Positions 42,365 to 56,621 are shown, counted from the first letter of the stretch. The stretch is 63,352 nt of DNA from Paraspadella gotoi (GCA_051294375.1 CM119266.1:15797417-15860768); one strand, 5' to 3'. The notes: generated from the letters alone by a model not told the origin. Program-made: numbers and translations.

Positions 42365-43811
42365 AGTGGAGGGGAAAATCACACCGGAAAGATATCACCT
42401 CGGACCCCAAATGAATTTGCTCATCCCTTTTTCTTGTCAAGCTAATTGACAAAAAGTTTAACTACGAAGTTTATGCCTTTTTCATTTTAATTTGGTTTCG
42501 CGTCAATCTCGTGCATATATTTTCTTTCGTTCGAGTTTCACCTGAGTTCACAGGCAGAAAAACGTGAAATTAAAAAACTTTAATAACTTTCACTTTGAGA
42601 TTCGGTTCGATTTGTCCGTCATTAATTTATTTCGTTAACGGAGCGATTAGTTGGCCCAAAAAATGTTTCGTGACGTTTTTAGTTGGGTGCGTTTTTTCGA
42701 ACGAGTCCCTCATTAATTTTTTTTTTTCAAATTTTGTGTGCGGCTATTAAATTCGTAAGCACCTTTCATTATTTTTATGATAGAATATCCTCAGTTTTAG
42801 GTCTCGAAATGTTCAGCGGACACAACTTCGTCGTTCATAACGAGGAAAACTACGCTTTCATTCACAAAACTAATTCCGTTCCGAGTAACTAAACCTTTAA
42901 AGGTAAGAAAAGTGAAGTGACGTTGTTGCCATACTATTTTAGGAACGTCGATAAAAACAGAAAGAGAGAATGAGAGAAAGAGAAGAATATTCTCACGTCT
43001 CCATGGAAACGCCAGTGACGCGTACAGAAAAAGACCAAAAAACGCTTTTTCGCAAATCGCTGTACTCTGCATTCGATTACGTCGGTTGGTTTTGCCAGAT
43101 GCAACCTGCCCCGCAGGTGCTGGGGTCGATTGGCGGGTACAGCGACGGCGGTGGCGGTGGCGGTGGCGGTCTTACCCGCCTTCGCTTTTAGTTATGAACG
43201 AGTGAGCCGAGGAAAGGAGGCGTGATAGACGCCGCCGAACGTCGTCTGCGATCGTCGGTGAATCCGCGAACCGAGAACGCCGATTCCGTGAACCGAAATC
43301 ATTCATCGCCATTCGATGCCATTCGCAGGTGGCACCAAAAAGACGCCGACGACGCCGAGATCAAAGGAAACCCCGATACCGCATCGAAGGAATTGAAAAG
43401 TAAGATTAGGATAAAGGTGAGAAAAAACTGAGAGATACATTGGGTGGAACAGAAAATAATGGGAATAGTAGTAAAAAAATTACAGCGAGTGGAAAGAAAC
43501 GGTTGAACTTAATGGCCGGTGAAAAGATGCGATACTTGAAAAGAAAAAAAAAAAACAAAGTGATTTATCGAAAATTCACTTGATTAATTAGATTATTACT
43601 TTTTAAGTATTTTTTTTTGTGGATAATCGTAAAAAGGTTATTCTTTCCTTATGTTTTATCTATGTTCGGAACACTTTTCTCCTCTTATTATTGAAAAGCG
43701 CCTTTTTTCCTCTTCTTATAATCGTTTGCACGTTATATCCTTTGCTTCTCCCGCTATATACGGACTTAATTTCTCCCCTACCTCGTCTTTCTCTCTCTCT
43801 CTCTCTCTCTC

Positions 43812-43864
<53 letters not shown>

Positions 43865-44189
43865 CTCTCTCTGCTCTTCCCCATTAAATCACCATCGTTA
43901 GAAGAAAGCATTAAAGAAATAAAAAGAAGAAAAAAGGATCTTGGATCGTGGAGAGAAATACAATAATGCGATTTTCTCTCGGCGCGATCGGGCTCTGATT
44001 GTGCTTTAACTTCTTTCAGGTTCTTTACGTTTTTATTTTCATTTTAATTTCATTTTAGTTCATTAAATTTGTTTTTTCTTCTTTCTCAGATTTTTTTTAT
44101 CTTCGCTGGAGAAAGAAAAGGGGAAGAATAAAACGAACTGAAAAACCCCGCGGACTTGATCCTGATTAAGACGTGGCTAAAAATCCAAG

Positions 44190-44304
<115 letters not shown>

Positions 44305-44759
44305 CAATCTCTCCCCTCTTTCTCTCACACATAAACGATAGAGAAAAGAATAACAAAAGACAATAAATGTTTCAACGTGTTGTTCAAAGGTGAAATAAAA
44401 AACTCAGCTAAAACTCGAAGAGAAAACAATATAAATTATTTGAGTTTATACGTAGCTTATGAATATGAACGTTTTTCACTTTGAAAAACACGAATCGCAT
44501 AACAAGAAAAGAGCAAAGGTGAACTTTAATGAATCTAAAATCAAAATTAATGCGGTGAAAATTTTTTCAACGTGATACCAAAACATAAAAAAAATGTTGA
44601 GAGCGAGAGGTGCATTTTATGGCTCAACAATCCGTTCTGTTGATACGGAGATAAATCGCTCTCCTTTAAAAAAAAACAATCTATAAACAAATCTCAATTT
44701 ATGTTTTGTTTTTCATTTTTGGGCCGAGCTCAAGTTATTCGTTAGACTTTAGAGGGAAA

Positions 44760-44962
44760 CAGGTGGCGGAGGGATAACGCGATCGTAATATCACCGCTGG
44801 AAAATTTGACTCACGAAAGGATGATTCACTCGAAACGAGGCAGGTAAAATATTTAGAGGACGATCTAAATAACAGATATTCGGATATTTTTTTTTTTCAT
44901 ACGTCAGTGCACGTCAGTGAATCTGCGTGCCGAAGTCGGAGGCCGAAATTTAAAGTCACCTG
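44760..44962. promoter_or_regulatory. Second E2-box cluster with tandem ACGTCAGTG
   Basis: CAGGTG 44760, CAGGTA 44841 and CACCTG 44957, with ACGTCAGTG twice at ~44901-44919 (CRE half-site-like). Confidence 0.3.
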
Positions 44963-45840
44963 TCGACTCGGTGGATCTAACTAATTCAATTACATCCGGG
45001 AAGTGGCAAGATGAAAGCCATCCGGGTGGTTTTCGAGAAAATGAGAATTAAATGACGTGACTCTGTCTCTCTCTTTCTTTTTCTCTTTCGGGAGTCAAAA
45101 TAAAAGGAGTGAAAGGTGAAAACCGAAGGAATGTGATCGACTTCGACGACGACGACGACGACGACGACGATTTCGTCGCCGCCTCCCCGTCGCATCAACT
45201 CTCCCCCATCGTGTGACGTTCCGGGGACCGTCACTCGACGAATATCACCGCGACGAAAACCCGACGGTGGAAACACGAGAAAAAAAATTACCTTTTTTGA
45301 GGAGGGTAAGTCGTCGTCGTCGTCGTCGTCGTTAATTGACGTCATAATTTTCATATTTCAGCCGCCTTCTCGGAATTTAACTCGCGTGTTTAAAAAGGTT
45401 TTTATAATCTCTCGCTCTTAGTCAATATCTTTTTATTTGCTCAAAACATTATCACGCCTTTATTTATCTTCTTTTTCTCCTGTTTTTTTCGATTTTTTTT
45501 TTCCAATTTGTAAAAACCTGGACGAGCCGCCCGCGGAGTAATTGCCATTCCGAGAGGCAAGGGATGCATCCAGGGCTACCGCCCGCCGGGGCCGTCACAG
45601 GGGCTTCCCTTACGTGAGGGATGTGTTTCGTTTCCGCGTGTCACACTTTTTAAAAACTTTTTGTGACGACGGCGTTGGTGACGGTGACGGTGACGGGGGA
45701 AGGCAACTTTGAGACACTGACTTTGCGAACCTTAAGTACAGTCGATCACGCGAAGACAGTTTTGATAACGGAAGGAATACTGGCCTCCTTTTATTTATTC
45801 ACTTTTCGTTATGATTAAAAATTTGGCTATCTGAAAAGCT

Positions 45841-45845
45841 TAATA

Positions 45846-45942
<97 letters not shown>

Positions 45943-45949
45943 TAATAAT
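45841..45949. repeat. (AAT)n microsatellite
   Basis: Near-pure AAT run of about 35 units, the only long AAT tract in the window. Confidence 0.95.
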
Positions 45950-46663
45950 CAAAAAAATTATTGAATGCTCAAATCGGCGAGGTTTTCGGTACTAAAGAAG
46001 TTTTTACGACTTCAACTGGACAGGATCGGATCTGTTTACGTGGGAGAAAAAGTCTGAGCGAATATGTTTTGAAAAGGGGAAAAAATGAACACTCTTATTT
46101 TTTTTTTTATCATATTTTCATAGAAAAAGAAAAAAATCGAGAAAAAATGTAAAGCGAAGGGGAGAGCGGAGAAAAAAAATGGGATGAACAAGAGTAAAAA
46201 GGAGAAAAATGGAGAGAAAGGAGAGAAGAAATTTGAAAGTTAAAAAAGGGAATGATGAAAGGTAGCATTAAGGAGAAGTAAACAGGTCGAGAAACAGAAT
46301 TATTAATACGAATAGAGTCGCCAAAAAAAAAAGGAAAGGGAAGAAAAAGGAGACGGCGACGGTGAAAAGGGGAAAATAAAATTGACTCGAATCGAAACTT
46401 CATCGTATATTTTTTGAAGAAACGCGCGAGTTAATCCTTCTTAACAACTTTTTAAATTAATCTCGTCTTAATTATCTGCATCTAAACGAACTCCTCAATT
46501 TGAATATTATTTGCTTTTCCCTTTGATCGATTTTTTCCCCCCTAAGTCAACCACCCATCGTTCCACCCGCATTTTCCACCAACTAAGTCGTCGGCTCGAA
46601 AAGAAAAAAAAGGTAAGTTTATTGCGCGTCGGCGGGAAGAGAAGAAAAAAAAGGAGAACTCAC

Positions 46664-46769
46664 CGTTGAGGTCGTTCTTCTTCTTGGGGTTGGGTTGTTT
46701 TCTGCGTCCGCAGCGTCCGACGTTAATGGCACCGGAAGTGGCCATTGGCGGCATCTCGCACTGAAGCAT
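46664..46769 (-). CDS. ZEB: Putative first coding exon of a ZEB/zfh-1-like zinc-finger homeobox transcription factor (N-terminal RRKQxxP NuRD-interaction motif); remaining exons not found in window
   Basis: ATG at 46769 gives MLQCEMPPMATSGAINVGRCGRRKQPNPKKKNDLN plus 1 nt, then a GTGAGT donor (46663-46658) and a pyrimidine-rich intron start. RCGRRKQPNPKKKN closely matches vertebrate ZEB1/ZEB2 RCKRRKQANPRR(N/K)N, which is also followed shortly by a phase-1 intron. The upstream leader is A-rich. The call rests on a short motif; FOG, SALL and BCL11 share the RRKQxxP core. Confidence 0.62.
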
Positions 46770-47511
46770 CGCGTCGACGAGAAACAAACACTTTTTGGTT
46801 TTTTGTTTTTTGTTTTTTTCGAAGCGTGGTTTTGTTTTTTGTTGTTGTTGTATTATTTATTTCGATTCGTTTTTCACTTTTCGTTTTTTTTAATTAATTA
46901 ATTTTTTTTTAAATTTTGGTCATTCAATTAAGTTTCGCGATATCACGAGAAAAATAAATTGGTAAAGAGGGTGAGCGTGGCTGGTTTCACTTTTCTTTTC
47001 TCTCACCGGCTTCGTCTTTGCCCCTTTTCTTGATCGCGACACAAAAACGAGTGAAGCTTCACTTCACCGACGAAGAATCACGTGACGAAGAATCGCCCAT
47101 CGATTCTGTCGTCGACGAAAAACAAAGTCGTGAATCACGTCATCGTCATTTCTTCTTTGTCAACCGACGAGACTGACGATTGACTCGAGGATGACAATGA
47201 CAGTCGCCGGAGAAGAATCGTTGCCGTCGTCGTCGTCGAGGAATCAATGACGAATTGGATTTTGTTTTGTCGATCGACCCTGTGATTCGCGACGATCACG
47301 ATTCGCGCCGGAAACCGCTAATCGTCGTAGCGAAACTGTTTAGTCACCGACGAATTAATCTATTTATCTTTTTTTTTCTTCTTCTATCTTTTTTTGTGAT
47401 TTTTCGCGTCGGAGTTTTGTCGCGGATCGTTGTTAAAATGACTGGGTTTTTATTTGTTTTATTTTATTTTGTTTATATGTTTATTGGGTTTTGTTTATTT
47501 TCTTTTCGCAG

Positions 47512-47554
47512 GAAGTTCGGGTCCTGGCGATGAGTCGTTGCTTTCGAGTTTTCA
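47512..47554 (+). ncRNA. Candidate 43-nt internal exon of a plus-strand (antisense) transcript
   Basis: Long T-rich tract ending TTTTCTTTTCGCAG| (acceptor ends 47511), followed 43 nt later by TCA|GTGAGT (47555-47560). An upstream consensus donor AAG|GTAAGT lies at 46613-46618. Splice signals only, no expression evidence. Confidence 0.35.
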
Positions 47555-49197
47555 GTGAGTAAAACAACTTCGCTATTTGATTTGAAAAACAAAGTGTGCC
47601 TTTATTTATTTATTTCTTTAAAAAAACGAAATTCGGCGAGAATTTAAACTGAGTAAATTGCAAAAAATGGATGTAATCAGAAGGAAAAAAATGTACGCTT
47701 TTCTCGGAAATGAGCGAGAATGAGAGAGAAAAGTGATTTGAGTGCGAGAGTTGGGGAAGATAGATGTGACGACAGAGACAGAGACACAGAGAGACTGGGC
47801 GGTTTTTTTGTGTTTTTTTTTCTTCTCTGCGTTTTCTCTCACTCGACGTCTCGAAGGCGGAGGGGGGAAGACACGGCGAAGATTTTGGCGTCTTGAAAAA
47901 AAAAATCGGACGACGCGCGATTTGCGAGTGTGAGAGTCTTGCTTGTGAAACGAGAGAGAGAGAGAGAGAGAGACGGGAATCGAACTCGCGATATCACGGG
48001 AACGAGGGATGGAGAAGGAGGAAGAGGAGGAGTTCGTATCTAGAGGAGGAGGAGGAGGAGGAGGATGAGAAGGAGGAGGAGGAGGAGGAGGAGGAAGAGA
48101 ATGACGGAGATGAAGAAATCCAATGAGAAACTGAGTCATGAACGAACGGGAGGTGGGGGAAAAGCAGGTGAGGGGATGAGGGATGAAGGGAAGTAATGCG
48201 GGCGAGGTTGGGGGTAGGTTGGGTAAGGCTTGGTTTGGTGGTCTTTGGTGGAAATGGCAGTTAAAAATTGGTTGTGTTTGAAGGTGGAAAATTGTAATCA
48301 CGATTGAATATATAACTGAATTTACTGCAAAGTCCGTTTTACCTGTTAAGAAATAAAATTTAATATGACCTTTAAAGGACTTTTTTTGTGGACAGATGAA
48401 TACACTGGTTAAAAATTCAAAAGGTAAAAAACGTAATAATCGATTTTGAGCAGCGAAACTTCGTCTGCTTTCGTCATCACCGCAGATAAACGATAAACAT
48501 TAATGACAATAATAATAAAAATTCCTTTTTATTTTTATTCAGGACAGAGACACTTATCTTTTCACGACGAACGACGGGCTCCTCGCTGCAAGCCCCCTCT
48601 TCCCGCATCCTGGTTTCTTTGGCTCACGGAGAAAGAAATTTCTTCGCATATCGAAGGAAAACAAAGAAATCTGTGAAATCTGTGAAATCAGTGGTTACAT
48701 CTGTCCGACTTTTTTTTTGCAGCGGTGGTGAGGGTTGGGCCAAAAGTGAAGGGCGGGTATGGCGAGGCAGGGCGAGGTAGGGCGGGTGAGTGAGTATTTA
48801 TGGTTGCGGAAAAGTGTAAACGATATAAATTGTGAAGTTAAGGTGATTTAAATAAGGATTAGCTTTTTATAAGAATTTAAAAAAGTAAGATTGAGGGGAG
48901 CAGGTAAGGAGTTAGGAATGATGCGCGGTGTCTCAGGGGAAAAAAAGCAGATGGAAAGGAGCGGATAATAGTTGTAAAAAGAGAGAAAGAGAAAGAAAAA
49001 GAAAAAGAGAAAGAGAAAGAAAAAGAGAAAGAGAAAGAGAAAGAAAAAGAGAAATAGAAAGAGAAAGTGGAAGATAAAAGGGAAGAAGTGAAATCAGGAA
49101 AGAAAGACGTGGACGCGATTCGTTTTACCAAAAAGTCGCTGATAAAGATTTACGGGGGTTGGCGGCTGGCGACCGCGAGATAACCAGTATCATGAAA

Positions 49198-49200
<3 letters not shown>

Positions 49201-49292
<92 letters not shown>
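49201..49292. repeat. (GA)n microsatellite
   Basis: Pure GA run, preceded by a (GAGAAA/GAAAAA)n hexamer tract at ~48983-49066. Confidence 0.97.
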
Positions 49293-49294
<2 letters not shown>

Positions 49295-50060
49295 TTGACG
49301 ACTACACCCTTATATTCCTTTTTATTCTTCTTCCTTCCCCCGTCCCCCAACAAAAGTTTACCCCCTGCAGTGAAAGAGCCCAAAAAAGGAAAAGCCACCG
49401 GGTCGAGAATTCCTGGTCGTGATCGAGGGTGAAGGGTGGAAGGGGGGGCACGACGGTGACTCGGTGTGGTAAAGAAAACACAGCAGCAAGTGCTGGGAGT
49501 CGGCGCCCATATGCCTGGGTGGTTTTTTGAATAAGAAAAAGGAGGGAAAGGGGAAAAGCGTGAGTGGGGTTAGGGAGGTAGGAGAAATAATAAAAAATGT
49601 CTGGAGCATGATGAAGAAAAGAACAGAGAGCTTTCAACCTCTCTATCTTTATCTCTCTCTCTCTATTCCTCTCGCTCGCTCTCTCTCTTCTTTCTCTCGT
49701 ATTCCCGGGGATTTTGAGGCAAATCATTCTGAGATTTCAGTCTTTTATTTTAACTCTTTTAATGAACGCGTTTTTTTTTTCTTTCTTTTTTTTCTTCTTT
49801 TTACCTAAAGGAGGAATCTGAAGCCAGAAATCATCCTCATCGTCCCCAAGATGATCGTCGTCATCGTCGTCATCGTCGTCGTCGTCGTCCGAATTTCCTT
49901 CAGGTTTCATCTCTCGTCTCGTCACCACAGTCACGTTCCTCTCCTCCTCTTCCTCTTCCTCCACCTCCTCCTCCTCATCCATACGTCGTCGTCGACTTGG
50001 TTTGTCGTCGTTGTTGTTGTTGTTGTTGTTATAGTCGTAGACGGTCTTCGTCTTTCCTCA

Positions 50061-50152
<92 letters not shown>

Positions 50153-50353
50153 ATTCCCCCTTCTCCCAGAAATTTCGAGTCTCGAAAATCGGACTTCGTC
50201 GTCGTCTTTCTCTCTCTTCCTCATTTTCGCTCTTCCCTCTCCCATAGGATTATTAAACACTCCCTCCTCCTCCTCCGCTTGCCGCGTTTTCTTCCCGTGA
50301 ATCGCTCGAACTCAATCGCGCTCTCCTATATTTTCTTATATTCTCTGCTCTCT

Positions 50354-50446
<93 letters not shown>

Positions 50447-52403
50447 CCATCTTTTTTTATCCTTGTCGAGTCTTCGCCTTCGAGATTTTCTTAGGATGAA
50501 GAAATTTTATTTTCGCTCTGGCCAAAAAAAGCAAAAAAAAGCAGGGAAAAAGCAGATTTAAAAATAGAAAGAAGAATATTCTCTCCTTTTTTTTCTGGTC
50601 GGTGGAAGAAAAAGATGCGAGGAGTCTTTCTGATGGAGATTTTTTTTTCTCAGTCGAATCGCCTTTGGGAAGATTGCGGTGCTGGCGCCGCAAAACATTT
50701 TAGATCATCTTTTTTTTTATTTGATTCCTCGTGATATTTACCTGTTTGTGAGTGTTGTTTACTTTTTTAATGTTCTTTTCTATCCCCACTTTTTACTTCC
50801 CTTTCTTCCTTATTACTTTATATTTTTACTCTTATTTTTATAAAATTCTTGTTATTTCTTCTTTTCATCTCATTTTCCAATAATTTCTTTTACCTCACAT
50901 TTCACCAATCAATGCCTTCGCCTTTTTTCCCTCTCAATAAAAGAAGTGAAGTCATTGTTATTAGTCTAACGAGCTGAGACACTAATCACATTTAGCATCT
51001 CCGCCGAGTATTTTAAAACCGCCCTTTTTAAAAGGCGGAAAGTCTTCTCCAATTCGTTTTATAACGAAAGACTCGTAAAGTTTTTTCTAAGGTAGAGAGA
51101 GCTTTTCCTTTATATTTCTGCGGCATCTATATATAGAGTATTTCCTTTTCTTTTCAGCATCAGAGGCGTCCAGCCGAGGGGCGGGAAAAATCCCGACGAG
51201 CCGGCGCCGAATTCATAATTTTTTAGTCAGGAAAAAATATACATTTTGCTAATTTTATTACCTCCGAAAAAAAAAACCCCTGGATGAGAACTAGAGAGAG
51301 AGAGTGAGAGAGAGGGAGACGGCGAAATCTGCCAACCTTTCCAGATTTTGGTAATTGTTGCAAACTTAACCTTGTCTCGGGGGGAGCTGCCAAGAATTAG
51401 GAATGGGCACTTATGAAGACGACGACGGGGGACGACGGCGACGGCGACGATGATGGCGACGATGAGGACGACGACGACTTCGACGACGACTTTGACGAAG
51501 AGTTTGGACGGAAATTGAGGAAAACATGTCAAATAATTGGATTTCCTTTGAACATATATAAGAATGTCAATTATGCTTCTCTCTCGTTTTCCCAAGAACG
51601 ACTTTTTGACAACATGTCGGAAGCTTGAAATTTTTTTTTTTCAATCGGATCACCTTGGCAAGGACGATCACAATGGCGAAAGGAATTGTGAGAGGATGAA
51701 CTGATTGTCTTTCATTTTTATTTCAGTTAGGTAACTCTAAAAGGGTTTCAGTGAAATATCATTATTTTTTTTTTAAGTTTTAGTCTGAGGAGTTAAAAAA
51801 ATTTTGAAATATAATCACAAAAATACGTACTTAATTATTAATTTGAATCTCGTGTAAACAAATATTATTTGGTAAACAACACGGAAGAAAGACATGAAAC
51901 AAAACACGAGAAAAAATAAACAAAATTTTTGAACGTCTTTTTTTTAGGTTCACGTGACTTGCACAGGCGACGGTGATGTTCACAGTCTTGGGAACAAAGA
52001 CAAAAGATTCGCGACGTCAAAAAAAGCAGAGAAAATTTAGTTTTGAAAATTTTAAAGAATAAAAAAAAAGGCTGCGTTTAATACACAAACAATAATTTTA
52101 TCCTGTCGAGGTTAGAAAAGGGATATTTTTTCATTTTAGTAAGAGAAAAAAAACAGAGAGAGAGAGAGAGAGAGAGAGACAGTTCGTGGCAAATAAATTA
52201 AGGTATTCGCTTCCAAAACCGACTTTTTTGAAAAGGTGAAAGGGACATTATTCCTAATTCGGAGACGTCAAATATTTTTGAGAATTTACTTCAACTTTTT
52301 GAGGTGGACGGGACCAACCGATAAGGTTGGGCCAGTCTCCCCCTCGCCGTTCCTCAAACTCTTCAGGTTTTAACGAAGTCTAATTGGAGGAAATTTCCCT
52401 CAT

Positions 52404-52471
<68 letters not shown>

Positions 52472-52842
52472 TATTCGCGACAAGGAGGCAAAGGGTTTAA
52501 AGCGGAGGGGTGTTTCGACTAATTCGAAAGAGAAGTAAAAAAAAAAAGGGGAAATGAAATTTTGTCTAAATTAAAAGAGAGGAAGGAAGAGCGAATAGAG
52601 AGAGAACCGACGCTCTTTCCGCTGAAGGTACGTCGGCGCCGCATCGGCGCCCCGAACGGCCGAACAGGCGGCCGGCGTCCGGCCCCGACGATTAACCTTC
52701 GTCCCAGAGATGCGGGAAAAAAATCGTGCGGCGTTAACGACGACGAAGAAGACGACGATGATGACGAAAGTCAATTAGTTAATTGAATGTATACCTGATC
52801 ATTACCGCCAATAAAGAGGCTTGGCCTGAGGACGCGGGGAGG

Positions 52843-52874
<32 letters not shown>

Positions 52875-52890
52875 AAAGAGAGAGAGGGAG

Positions 52891-52952
<62 letters not shown>

Positions 52953-54322
52953 GAGAGAGATGAGAACCTGGGCGGGAGGAAGTGGGACGGAAATTAGCGA
53001 TGAGAGGAAAAATAATTCGGTCGAAAAAAAAAAGTAAAATATTAGATTTAATAATTTGGGCGGTTTAGCCTTCAAGGGAAAAAAAAGAGAGGGAACTAAA
53101 ATACATAATATATATACCTATTTATAGTTTAACGAAATTTAAAAAAAGAACGATTGAGTGAAAGATAAACGATGTGAGTCTATCGTTCACCGGTCGACGG
53201 AGACTGAGGTTAATTTCGTATAATCAGGTTTTTACCGGATTCTAAAAAAAAAAAAGTTGCTAATTTTTTTTAATGTTTTGAACGTGATTTCGTTTTCCGC
53301 CGCCGTAGATGTGAGGACGGAGAGTTCACGGGAATCACCGGACGTCGCTTTTATTGCTAAGGTGAACTTCACAAATATTTCGTTTTCGTTTGAAGGGAAA
53401 AATCCTCAAATTTCCTTTTTTTTTCCTTTCACTTTTTTTTTTAACGTAAATATTTTTCGACAGATTGATTACCCCTCAGTTTAGCCAAAACTTTAGGCAG
53501 GCTTTTTTTTTTAGATAGAAGTAAACTTTATCGTTTCACTTGAGATATCGATACGTGTTTAAAAACGATGCAATAATAAGCCTTTACTAAAATTCTTCGC
53601 CCCACTAGCCACTACCCTCTTCTCTTGTTCAGGCGTCTTTTGAACCTCCCTCACGGCCCCTCAAGTGTTCCCAGCCTCCCCCAGCCCCGTGTCCATCCCG
53701 CTCGCCCCTCCTCCTCTCCCAACCCCCCAAGTTTCCGGAGAAGGCCGCGACGCGCGACGGCTACCGACTCTTGTTTTCCGTGCGATGGCGTCAAACCCGA
53801 AAATGATTAATTACGACGTCGGAGACAAAAAAATTTTTCGACGTTTTTCTTTTCGTTTTTACCATATTTTTTTTTTAATTTAGACTTTTTTTTGAGGAAA
53901 AAGAATTTTTCGATTTTTTTTTTTTCGAAAAGTTTTTTGTTTCTCCGTTTTGCCGCTTATTAGGCTCGAAAGAACGAGTAAAAGGCTTCTATTTTTTCGC
54001 TTCCCTCTTTTGAAAACCAAGTGGGGATTTTATTGGGGGGGGGGAGTGAAAACAGTTTTATTATTGAAAAAAATATACCGACGTCGTTGACAATGTAAAA
54101 ATTGTCAAACACGAAAACCAATCATTCTGGTCCCTTGTGGATGGCTCGAGGACGCCTCACGCGAAATTCGGACCGTTCGCTCTATAAAGCGTACCTTGGT
54201 CCACCCAGCGCCGTGCACCAGCAAACCTAGCGTGCACCGAGCCGGACTCCAGCCTGCGAAACGATTCAAATTGGGAGAGAATCTCTCTTCCAAATTACCT
54301 TCCTGTCAATTTTACCCGCAGC

Positions 54323-54353
<31 letters not shown>

Positions 54354-55410
54354 CGGTCTCTCTCTCTCTCTCGATTCTCTCTCTCTCAATTTATCGCTCT
54401 CTCTCTCCTCGTTTTCCCCCTCCAACCCTCGTTCTAACCGAACGAAATAATCACCCGCCACCAATTTCAATTAGCTTAATACCTTCCAGAAAATCACCCG
54501 AACGGAATCTCGTGCATCTCACTCTCTCTCTCTCTCTCCTCTCTCTCTCTTCTCTCCTCTCTCATCTCTCTCTCTCTCTCTCTCTCGTCTCTCTCACCCT
54601 CTCTCTCTCTCCAACCAATATATATCAATATATAAATTCTGTAAACCAAAAATTGAAACACACTTAAGTCTAACGGATATTGCCGGCTTTTTATTATCTC
54701 TAAGGGAAGCTCGGTTGTCGACCTTAAATTCACATGAAAATACTTCCAATCGGCTAATAGTGTTGATGAAATTTGGACCAATCAGAATAAAGAAAAGCTT
54801 CGATTCCACCGGTCAAAATCGACATCCTAATTTCGAGGTAACGACGACGACGTGGACGACGACGACGACTCGTCAATGTTTCCAAAGATGCAGCTGAGAT
54901 AAGGAGTGAATTTATCACCTTTGCGAGTTGGAAACTCGGACGGTGAGGATTGAAAGTAATGGTTTCGGTAGAGAGGGCGACTCGAGATGTAGAGAGGGAT
55001 GAGGAAGAGGGGAGAGTGGGTCACCGAAATGGTGAAAAGTCAGAGCGAAGCCGAAGGGGGATGGAGATTAGATTTAAAGAGTAAAGCGGAGGGTCCTCGA
55101 AGGATGAAGGTGACATGGAAAAATCAAATGAAGAAAAAGCGATTTTTTACGTTTCGGAGACGTTGAGGGGATTAAATACCAGGAAGATGCTAGCAATGAT
55201 GAGTTCGTAAACTTGAAAGTGAAAAAGTCATTGGAAAGGAGAAAAGGGGGGTTTGGGACATTAGGACTTTGAATGGAAAAGAGAGAAGAGAGAGAGGGAA
55301 GTTGAGGGCAGTCGGGAGGTGAACTGCCTCGTGGGAGACTCAACGTCTTTCGTCTCTTTCGTTCCTTCGATTTATTGTTATTGAGTCAAAGAGAATGAAG
55401 TTAGGCGGAT

Positions 55411-55465
<55 letters not shown>
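55411..55465. repeat. (GTC)n microsatellite
   Basis: Pure GTC run of about 18 units. Confidence 0.95.
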
Positions 55466-55468
<3 letters not shown>

Positions 55469-56621
55469 GCGACGGTAGCGTCGTTCTTCAATTAGTTAAT
55501 GGAATTTATTGAAGAGAATCGTTATGTGCGAATGGAATGGGAGATTTTCCGTGAAACATTTCTTTATTCAGAATATGTCAGCAATATTTTATTGTTAATA
55601 ATTAACATGTCGAAAATGTTAAATCATAGAAAAAGCATATATTTCAAGATAAAATGACCGAGTCTCAGCCTTCAGATCGCCCAAACTCCCTCTCCCCCCC
55701 CTCATTTGCTCCACCATCACTCACCCCCTTTCCCCTTCTTTTCCTCGAAGGTGCGATTTTCAATGCGACGTCGAATGGGAATCGTTTAACCGTGACACTG
55801 AAATCTTACTTCTGGGGGCGAGAGGGTTTGAACTCGGGACCCTGAGCGACGCCCGGAGGCTGCCTGCCGAGGCCGAGCGGACCTCGGCACCACCCTCTTT
55901 ACAGGAGCGACTTCCCTCTCTCCATTCCACCTCGCCCCTTCTCTCCCCATTTCGATCAAACTTGTCAATCCTCGTTTGAGTTAACCCTTTCGAACGTCAG
56001 AGTCGTCACCTCGAGAAACTCTGGAACGGTCCACCCAAATCTACTCGACTCAACTCCAGCCTACACCGTGATTCCCGATTATTTTGGCTTCAAGATCCAC
56101 TCAAAAAGACATTATTACTTAGGTTAATTGTACATATGTTTTTATTTTTATTAAATCCCTTCGTTCTTTAATCTTTACTCAACTTCACCAATGTCTATTT
56201 TTAAGTAACTTTACCATCACGAACTTATCTTTCCTTCACCCGACTTTCGCTAACAACCGAGTCTCCAACCTTTCCAGTTCCTTCTGTTCCAGTATCCCTT
56301 CCTCTCCCTAAAGTACTTACCACTTCGTTCCCGCTCGACCGAGGGGTGGGTCGGGAAATGGCCCGCCTCTTATTTCATTCCATTGAAGGATGACAGGCGA
56401 GCCCCGGCGCCGGTGAGAGAACGCCGGTTCGGAAACGGCGCCGCTTCGAGGCCGTCCACGCCGGTCGACGCCGCCCCTTCGCCGATGGAACGCATTCAAC
56501 TCGTCGGCGCGCCCATTTCCGGCCGAGGGAGAGAGAAGAATGGAATCAAGGTGATGCCATTTCCGAAAAAAAGGGAGAAAGAGCGAGAGGGAGAGAAAAA
56601 GAAAAAGAGATGGAGAGAGAG

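Noticed and set aside
51413-51520. Acidic D/G-rich ORF
   Set aside because: Degenerate (GAC/GAT/GGC)n microsatellite.
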